Shown here: positions 54,701-64,000 of the stretch, piece after piece | Numbering within the stretch: position 1 is the stretch's first letter | How the letters are laid out: every line of letters starts with the position of its first letter | Assembly (NCBI RefSeq): GCF_006345805.1 | Contig: NC_043014.1 | Location: forward strand, 17,422,001 to 17,486,000 | Direction of reading: 5' to 3' | DNA from: Octopus sinensis | Lineage: Eukaryota | DNA length: 64,000 bases | Translations under genes and position numbers: made by a program | The notes under the pieces: model-generated | The model's input: the letters and a program-made list of their open reading frames with translations, nothing else | Databases searched by the model: none | Told to the model about the DNA's origin: nothing

Positions 54701-57700
54701 CTGCCAATGGGAAAGATTCCGAGTCTGTGAACAACGGGGACTCTGCAATACACAGTACGCTGCTGTTACTGCCAACTGAAAGATTCCGAGTCTGCTGAAC
54801 AACGGGGACTGCAATACACAGTACGCTGCTGTTACTGCCAAAGGAAAGATTCCGAGTCTGCTGAACAACGGGGACTCTGCAATACACAGTACGCTGCTGT
54901 TACTGCCAATGCAAAGATTCCGAGTCTGCTGAACAACGGGGACTCTGCAATACACAGTACGCTGCTGTTACTGCCAAGGAAAGATTCCGAGTCTGCTGAA
55001 CAACGGGACTCTGCAATACACAGTACGCTGCTGTTACTGCCAAAGTGAAAGATTCCGAGTCTGCTGAACAACGGGGACTCTGCAATACACAGTACGCTGC
55101 TGTTACTGCCAAATGGAAAGATTCCGAGTCTGCTGAACACGGGGACTCTGCAATACACAGTACGCTGCTGTTACTGCCAATGGGTTACTGCCAAAGATTC
55201 CGAGTCTGCTGAACAACGGGGACTCTGCAATACACAGTACGCTGCTGTTACTGCCAATGGGAAAGATTCCGAGTCTGCTGAACAACGGGGACTCTGCAAT
55301 ACACAGTACGCTGCTGTTACTGCCAAAGCAAACGATTCCGAGTCTGCTGAACAACGGGGACTCTGCAATACACAGTACGCTGCTGTTACTGCCAAAGGGA
55401 AAGATTCCGAGTCTGCTGAACAACGGGGACTCTGCAATACACAGTACGCTGCTGTTACTGCCAAATAGGAAAGATTCCGAGTCTGCTGAACAACGGGGAC
55501 TCTGCAATACACAGTACGCTGCTGTTACTGCCAAAGAAAGATTCCGAGTCTGCTGAACAACGGGGACTCTGCAATACACAGTACGCTGCTGTTACTGCCA
55601 AAGAAAGATTCCGAGTCTGCTGAACAACGGGGACTCTGCAATACACAGTACGCTGCTGTTACTGCCAAGGAAAGATTCCGAGTCTGCTGAACAACGGGGA
55701 CTCTGCAATACACAGTACGCTGCTGTTACTGCCAATGGAAAGATTCCGAGTCTGCTGAACAACGGGGACTCTGCAATACACAGTACGCTGCTGTTACTGC
55801 CAATGGGAAGATTCCGAGTCTGCTGAACAACGGGGACTCTGCAATACACAGTACGCTGCTGTTACTGCCAATGGGAAAGATTCCGAGTCTGCTGAACAAC
55901 GGGGACTCTGCAATACACAGTACGCTGCTGTTACTGCCAAAGCGAAAGATTCCGAGTCTGCTGAACAACGGGGACTCTGCAATACACAGTACGCTGCTGT
56001 TACTGCCAATCGAAAGATTCCGAGTCTGCTGAACAACGGGGACTCTGCAATACACAGTACGCTGCTGTTACTGCCAATGGGAAAGATTCCGAGTCTGCTG
56101 AACAACGGGGACTCTGCAATACACAGTACGCTGCTGTTACTGCCAATGGAAAGATTCCGAGTCTGCTGAACAACGGGGACTCTGCAATACACAGTACGCT
56201 GCTGTTACTGCCAAGTGAAAGATTCCGAGTCTGCTGAACAACGGGGACTCTGCAATACACAGTACGCTGCTGTTACTGCCAATGGGAAAGATTCCGAGTC
56301 TGCTGAACAACGGGGACTCTGCAATACACAGTACGCTGCTGTTACTGCCAAATTGAAAAAGTTCCGAGTCTGCTGAACAACGGGACTCTGCAATACACAG
56401 TACGCTGCTGTTACTGCCAAATTGAAAGATTCCGAGTCTGCTGAACAACGGGGACTCTGCAATACACAGTACGCTGCTGTTACTGCCAAAGCGAAAGATT
56501 CCGAGTCTGCTGAACAACGGGGACTCTGCAATACACAGTACGCTGCTGTTACTGCCAATGGGAAAGATTCCGAGTCTGCTGAACAACGGGGACTCTGCAA
56601 TACACAGTACGCTGCTGTTACTGCCAAAGAGAAAGATTCCGAGTCTGCTGAACAACGGGGACTCTGCAATACACAGTACGCTGCTGTTACTGCCAAAGAG
56701 AAAGATCCGAGTCTGCTGAACAACGGGGACTCTGCAATACACAGTACGCTGCTGTTACTGCCAATGGAAAGATTCCGAGTCTGCTGAACAACGGGGACTC
56801 TGCAATACACAGTACGCTGCTGTTACTGCCAAGTGAAAGATTCCGAGTCTGCTGAACAACGGGGACTCTGCAATACACAGTACGCTGCTGTTACTGCCAA
56901 TGGAAAGATTCCGAGTCTGCTGAACAACGGGGACTCTGCAATACACAGTACGCTGCTGTTACTGCCAATTGAAAGATTCCGAGAGTCTGCTGAACAACGG
57001 GGACTCTGCAATACACAGTACGCTGCTGTTACTGCCAAAGCAAAAGGTTCCGAGTCTGCTGAACAACGGGGACTCTGCAATACAAAGTACGCTGCTGTTA
57101 CTGCCAAACAAAAGATTCCGAGTCTGCTGAACAACGGGGACTCTGCAATACACAGTACGCTGCTGTTACGGCCAAAGCGAAAGATTCCAAATCTGCTGTA
57201 CAACGGGGACTCTGCAATACACAGTACGCTGCTGTTACTGCCAATGGGAAAGATTCCGAGTCTGCTGAACAACGGGGACTCTGCAATACACAGTACGCTA
57301 CTGTTACTGCCAATGCGAAAGATTCCGAGTGTGCTGAACAACAGGGACTCTGCAATACACAGTACGCTGCTGTTACTGACAAAGTAAAAGATTCCGAGTC
57401 TGCTGAACAACGGGGACTCTACAATACACAGTACGCTACTGTTACTGACAAAGTAAAAGATTCCGAGTCTGCTGAACAACGGGGACTCTACAATACACAG
57501 TTCGCTGCTGTTACTGCCAAAGTTAAAGATTCCGAGTCTGCTGAACAACGGGGACTCTGCAATACACAGTAGGCTGCTGTTACTGCCAATGGGAAAGATT
57601 CCGAGTCTGCTGAACAACGGGGACTCTGCAAAACACAGTACGCTGCTGTTACTGCCAAATTGAAAGATTCCGAATCTGCTGAACAGCGGGGACTCTGCAA

Positions 57701-60700
57701 TACACAGTACGCTGCTGTTACTGCCAAATTGAAAGATTCCGAGCCTGCTGAACAACGGGGACTCTGCAAAACACAGTACGCTGCTGTTACTGCCAAATTG
57801 AAAGATTCCGTATCTGCTGAACAACGGGGACTCTGCAATACACAGTACGCTGCTGTTACTGCCAAAGCAAAAGATTCCGAGTCTGCTGAACAACGGGGAC
57901 TCTGCAATACACAGTACGCTGCTGTTACTGCCAATGGGAAAGATTCCGAGTCTGCTGAACAACGGGGAATCTGCAATACAAAGTACGCTGCTGTTACTGC
58001 CAAAGCAAACGATTCCGAGTCTTCATAACAACGGGGACTCTGCAATACACAGTACGCTGCTGTTACTGCCAATCGGAAAGATTCCGAGTCTGCTGAACAA
58101 CGGGGACTCTGTAATACACAGTACGCTGCTGTTACTGCCAATGGGAAAGATTCCGAGTCTGCTGAACAACGGGGACTCTGCAATACACAGTACGCTGCTG
58201 TTACTGCCAATGGGAAAGATTCCGAGTCTGCTGAACAACGGGGACTCTGCAATACAAAGTACGCTGCTGTTACTGCCAAAGCAAACGATTCCGAGTCTTC
58301 TGAACAACGGGGACTCTGCAATACACAGTACGCTGCTGTTACTGCCAATCGGAAAGATTCCGAGTCTGCTGAACAACGGGGACTCTGCAATACACAGTAC
58401 GCTGCTGTTACTGCCAATGGGAAAGATTCCGAGTCTGCTGAACAACGGGGACTCTGCAATACACAGTACGCTGCTGTTACTGCCAAAGAGAAAGATTCCG
58501 AGTCTGCTGAACAACGGGGACTCTGCAATACACAGTACGCAGCTGTTACTGCCAACTGGAAAGATTCCGAGTCTGCTGAACAACGGGGACTCTGCAATAC
58601 ACAGTACGCTGCTGTTACTGCCAAAGTGAAAGATTCCGAGTCTGCTGAACAACGGGGACTCTGCAATACACAGTACGCTGCTGTTACTGCCAATGGGAAA
58701 GATTCCGAGTCTGCTGAACAACGGGGACTCTGCAATACACAGTACGCTGCTGTTACTGCCAAATGGGAAAGATTCCGAGTCTGCTGAACAACGGGGACTC
58801 TGCAATACACAGTACGCTGCTGTTACTGCCAAAGCGAAAGATTCCGAGTCTGCTGAACAACGGGGACTCTGCAATACACAGTACGCTGCTGTTACTGCCA
58901 AAGCAAAAGATTCCGAGTCTGCTGAACAACGGGGACTCTGCAATACACAGTACGCTGCTGTTACTGCCAAAGCAAAAGATTCCGAGTCTGCTGAACAACG
59001 GGGACTCTGCAATACACAGTACGCTGCTGTTACTGCCAAAGCAAAAGATTCCGAGTCTGCTGAACAACGGGGACTCTGCAATACACAGTACGCTGCTGTT
59101 ACTGCCAATGGGAAAGATTCCGAGTCTGCTGAACAACGGGGACTCTGCAATACACAGTACGCTGCTGTTACTGCCAATGGGAAAGATTCCGAGTCTGCTG
59201 AACAACGGGGACTCTGCAATACACAGTACGCAGCTGTTACTGCCAATTTGAAAGATTCCGAGTCTGCTGAACAACGGGGACTCTGCAATACACAGTACGC
59301 TGCTGTTACTGCCAAAGGAAAGATTCCGAGTCTGCTGAACAACGGGGACTCTACAATACACAGTACGCTGCTGTTACTGCCAATGGGAAAGATTCCGAGT
59401 CTGCTGAACAACGGGGACTCTGCAATACACAGTACGCTGCTGTTACTGCCAAAATGAAAGATTCCGAGTCTGCTGAACAACGGGGACTCTGCAATACACA
59501 GTACGCTGCTGTTACTGCCAAGCAAAAGATTCCGAGTCTGCTGAACAAGGGACTCTGCAATACACAGTACGCTGCTGTTACTGCAATACACAGTACGCTG
59601 CTGTTACTGCCAATTGAAAGATCCGAGTCTGCTGAACAACGGGGACTCTGCAATACACAGTACGCTGCTGTTACTGCCAAAGAGAAAGATTCCGAGTCTG
59701 CTGAACAACGGGGACTCTGCAATACACAGTACGCTGCTGTTACTGCCAAGAAAAGATTCCGAGTCTGCTGAACAACGGGGACTCTGCAATACACAGTACG
59801 CTGCTGTTACTGCCAAGAAAGATTCCGAGTCTGCTGAACAACGGGGACTCTGCAATACACAGTACGCTGCTGTTACTGCCAAGCAAAAGATTCCGAGTCT
59901 GCTGAACAACGGGGACTCTGCAATACACAGTACGCTGCTGTTACTGCCAAATAAAGATTCCGAGTCTGCTGAACAACGGGGACTCTGCAATACACAGTAC
60001 GCTGCTGTTACTGCCAAGGGAAAGATTCCGAGTCTGCTGAACAACGGGACTCTGCAATACAACAGTACGCTGCTGTTACTGCAACAAAAAAGATTCCGAG
60101 TCTGCTGAACAACGGGGACTCTGCAATACACAGTACGCTGCTGTTACTGCAAGCAAAGATTCCGAGTCTGTGAACAACGGGGACTCTGCAATACACAGTA
60201 CGCTGCTGTTACTGCCAATGGGAAAGATTCCGAGTCTGCTGAACAACGGGGACTCTGCAATACACAGTACGCTGCTGTTACTGCCAATGGAAAGATTCCG
60301 AGTCTGCTGAACAACGGGGACTCTGCAATACACAGTACGCTGCTGTTACTGCCAAGGAAAGATTCCGAGTCTGCTGAACAACGGGACTCTGCAATACACA
60401 GTACGCTGCTGTTACTGCCAAAGAAAGATTCCGAGTCTGCTGAACAACGGGGACTCTGCAATACACAGTACGCTGCTGTTACTGCCAATGGGAAAGATTC
60501 CGAGTCTGCTGAACAACGGGGACTCTGCAATACACAGTACGCTGCTGTTACTGCCAATGGAAAGATTCCGAGTCTGCTGAACAACGGGGACTCTGCAATA
60601 CACAGTACGCTGCTGTTACTGCCAATGGGAAAGATTCCGAGTCTGCTGAACAACGGGGACTCTGCAATACACAGTACGCTGCTGTTACTGCCAATGAAAG

Positions 60701-63700
60701 ATTCCGAGTCTGCTGAACAACGGGACTCTGCAATACACAGTACGCTGCTGTTACTGCCAAGAAAGATTCCGAGTCTGCTGAACAACGGGGACTCTGCAAT
60801 ACACAGTACGCTGCTGTTACTGCCAAATGAAAGATTCCGAGTCTGCTGAACAACGGGGACTCTGCAATACACAGTACGCTGCTGTTACTGCCAATGGGAA
60901 GATTCCGAGTCTGCTGAACAACGGGGACTCTGCAATACACAGTACGCTGCTGTTACTGCCAATGGAAAGATTCCGAGTCTGCTGAACAACGGGGACTCTG
61001 CAATACACAGTACGCTGCTGTTACTGCCAATGAAAGATTCCGAGTCTGCTGAACAACGGGGACTCTGCAATACACAGTACGCTGCTGTTACTGCCAAAGC
61101 AAAGATTCCGAGTCTGCTGAACAACGGGGACTCTGCAATACACAGTACGCTGTGTTACTGCCAAAAAAGATTCCGAGTCTGCTGAACAACGGGGACTCTG
61201 CAATACACAGTACGCTGCTGTTACTGCCAAGCAAAAGATTCCGAGTCTGCTGAACAACGGGGACTCTGCAATACACAGTACGCTGCTGTTACTGCCAATG
61301 GAAAGATTCCGAGTCTGCTGAACAACGGGGACTCTGCAATACACAGTACGCTGCTGTTACTGCCAATGAAAGATTCCGAGTCTGCTGAACAACGGGGACT
61401 CTGCAATACACAGTACGCTGCTGTTACTGCCAATGAAAGATTCCGAGTCTGCTGAACAACGGGGACTCTGCAATACACAGTACGCTGCTGTTACCCCAAA
61501 AAGATTCCGAGTCTGCTGAACAACGGGGACTCTGCAATACACAGTACGCTGCTGTTACTGCCAAAGAAAGATTCCGAGTCTGCTGAACAACGGGGACTCT
61601 GCAATACACAGTACGCTGCTGTTACTGCCAAGAAAGATTCCGAGTCTGCTGAACAACGGGGACTCTGCAATACACAGTACGCTGCTGTTACTGCCAAAGA
61701 AAGATTCCGAGTCTGCTGAACAACGGGGACTCTGCAATACACAGTACGCTGCTGTTACTGCCAATGAAAGATTCCGAGTCTGCTGAACAACGGGGACTCT
61801 GCAATACACAGTACGCTGCTGTTACTGCCAATGCGAAAGATTCCGAGTCTGCTGAACAACGGGGACTCTGCAATACACAGTACGCTGCTGTTACTGCCAA
61901 GAAAGATTCCGAGTCTGCTGAACAACGGGGACTCTGCAATACACAGTACGCTGCTGTTACTGCCAAAGTAAAGATTCCGAGTCTGCTGAACAACGGGGAC
62001 TCTGCAATACACAGTACGCTGCTGTTACTGCCAAAGAAAAGATTCCGAGTCTGCTGAACAACGGGGACTCTGCAATACACAGTACGCTGCTGTTACTGCC
62101 AATGAAAGATTCCGAGTCTGCTGAACAACGGGGACTCTGCAATACACAGTACGCTTGTTACTGCAAGAAAAAGATTCGAGTCTGCTGAACAACGGGGACT
62201 CTGCAATACACAGTACGCTGCTGTTACTGCCAAAGGAAAGATTCCGAGTCTGCTGAACAACGGGGACTCTGCAATACACAGTACGCTGCTGTTACTGCCA
62301 AAGTAGAAAGATTCCGAGTCTGCTGAACAACGGGGACTCTGCAATACACAGTACGCTGCTGTTACTGCCAAGAAAGATTCCGAGTCTGCTGAACAACGGG
62401 GACTCTGCAATACACAGTACGCTGCTGTTACTGCCAAAGAAAGATTCCGAGTCTGCTGAACAACGGGGACTCTGCAATACACAGTACGCTGCTGTTACTG
62501 CCAATCAAAAGATTCCGAGTCTGCTGAACAACGGGGACTCTGCAATACACAGTACGCTGCTGTTACTGCCAATGAAAGGAAAGATTCCGAGTCTGCTGAA
62601 CAACGGGGACTCTGCAATACACAGTACGCTGCTGTTACTGCCAAGGAAAGATTCCGAGTCTGCTGAACAACGGGGACTCTGCAATACACAGTACGCTGCT
62701 GTTACTGCCAATGGAAAAGATTCCGAGTCTGCTGAACAACGGGGACTCTGCAATACACAGTACGCTGCTGTTACTGCCAAATGAAAGATTCCGAGTCTGC
62801 TGAACAACGGGGACTCTGCAATACACAGTACGCTGCTGTTACTGCCAATTGGAAAGATTCCGAGTCTGCTGAACAACGGGGACTCTGCAATACACAGTAC
62901 GCTGCTGTTAGCCAAAGCGAAAGATTCCGAGTCTGCTGAACAACGGGGACTCTGCAATACACAGTACGCTGCTGTTACTGCCAAGAAAGATTCCGAGTCT
63001 GCTGAACAACGGGGACTCTGCAATACACAGTACGCTGCTGTTACTGCCAAGCAAAGATTCCGAGTCTGCTGAACAACGGGGACTCTGCAATACAAGTACG
63101 CTGCTGTTACTGCCAAAGAAAGATTCCGAGTCTGCTGAACAACGGGGACTCTGCAATACACAGTACGCTGCTGTTACTGCCAAAGAAAGATTCCGAGTCT
63201 GCTGAACAACGGGGACTCTGCAATACACAGTACGCTGCTGTTACTGCCAATGCGAAAGATTCCGAGTCTGCTGAACAACGGGGACTCTGCAATACACAGT
63301 ACGCTGCTGTTACTGCCAAGAGAAAGATTCCGAGTCTGCTGAACAACGGGGACTCTGCAATACACAGTACGCTGCTGTTACTGCCAAAGTAAAAGATTCC
63401 GAGTCTGCTGAACAACGGGGACTCTGCAATACACAGTACGCTGCTGTTACTGCCAAGCGGAAAGATTCCGAGTCTGCTGAACAACGGGGACTCTGCAATA
63501 CACAGTACGCTGCTGTTACTGCCAAGCGGAAAGATTCCGAGTCTGCTGAACAACGGGGACTCTGCAATACACAGTACGCTGCTGTTACTGCCAAAGCGAA
63601 AGATTCCGAGTCTGCTGAACAACGGGGACTCTGCAATACACAGTACGCTGCTGTTACTGCCAAAGGAAAGATTCCGAGTCTGCTGAACAACGGGGACTGC

Positions 63701-64000
63701 AATACACAGTACGCTGCTGTTACTGCCAAAGAAAAGATTCCGAGTCTGCTGAACAACGGGGACTCTGCAATACACAGTACGCTGCTGTTACTGCCAATGG
63801 GAAAGATTCCGAGTCTGCTGAACAACGGGGACTCTGCAATACACAGTACGCTGCTGTTACTGCCAAATGGAAAGATTCCGAGTCTGCTGAACAACGGGGA
63901 CTCTGCAATACACAGTACGCTGCTGTTACTGCCAAGGGAAAGATTCCGAGTCTGCTGAACAACGGGGACTCTGCAATACACAGTACGCTGCTGTTACTGC

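Larger units (their letters stand above)
1..64000 (+). repeat. 69-bp tandem satellite array (about 915 monomers, head-to-tail, no inversion seen), interrupted only by three SINE copies
   Basis: Consensus AAAGATTCCGAGTCTGCTGAACAACGGGGACTCTGCAATACACAGTACGCTGCTGTTACTGCCAANNNN recurs from the first to the last line and runs off both window ends. The 65 conserved positions are about 49% GC (32/65). Common 6-nt junctions: AATGGG, AAAGCA, AACTTG, AAATTG, AAAGTG, AAAGAG, AATGCG, AAAGCG. Copy number = (64000 minus ~1 kb SINE)/~69. Confidence 0.99.

Noticed and set aside
1-64000. CRISPR-like array (conserved repeat plus variable spacer)
   Set aside because: The variable part is only 4-6 nt, alleles recur and are related by point mutation, the repeat is 63-65 bp, there are no cas genes, and a SINE indicates a eukaryote.
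1-64000. Programmed diversification or cassette switching (DGR/antigenic-variation-like) at the variable site
   Set aside because: No reverse transcriptase, recombinase or template is present, changes are not adenine-specific, and alleles stay linked to flanking variants across block duplications.
1-64000. Three HinfI-type GANTC sites per monomer as a regulatory or methylation code
   Set aside because: GANTC methylation (CcrM) is alphaproteobacterial and irrelevant in an animal satellite. The sites are useful only as a diagnostic digest.
1-64000. Trimer (207 bp) as a nucleosome-positioning unit
   Set aside because: Numerical coincidence only; no trimer periodicity of variants and no phased 10-bp A-tracts were seen.

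Overview
Almost the entire 64 kb is one head-to-tail, single-orientation satellite array with a 69-bp monomer (roughly 915 copies, estimated from length). Consensus: AAAGATTCCGAGTCTGCTGAACAACGGGGACTCTGCAATACACAGTACGCTGCTGTTACTGCC-AA-NNNN, i.e. 65 well-conserved bases plus a hypervariable 4-nt site. The only non-satellite sequence is three near-identical ~327-bp tRNA-derived SINE copies (minus strand; 22280-22606, 26345-26670, 36412-36737). Each has Pol III A/B boxes, a CORE-like domain and the same 11-bp target-site duplication at the same monomer position, so one insertion was multiplied by array duplication. The SINE indicates an animal genome; from memory it resembles a high-copy octopus/cephalopod SINE (unverified). 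I support no protein-coding gene: all listed ORFs arise because 69 bp = 23 codons and 4 of 6 frames of the consensus lack stops. The left ~36.7 kb is substitution-rich with nested block duplications and a loose ~10-kb super-period. The right ~27 kb has near-invariant monomer bodies but indel-riddled variable sites, which may be a consensus/polishing artefact. I found no convincing novel gene system; the best leads are the hypervariable 4-nt site, the SINE-marked array expansion and the higher-order structure. All coordinates and alignments were traced by eye, and block boundaries are approximate.
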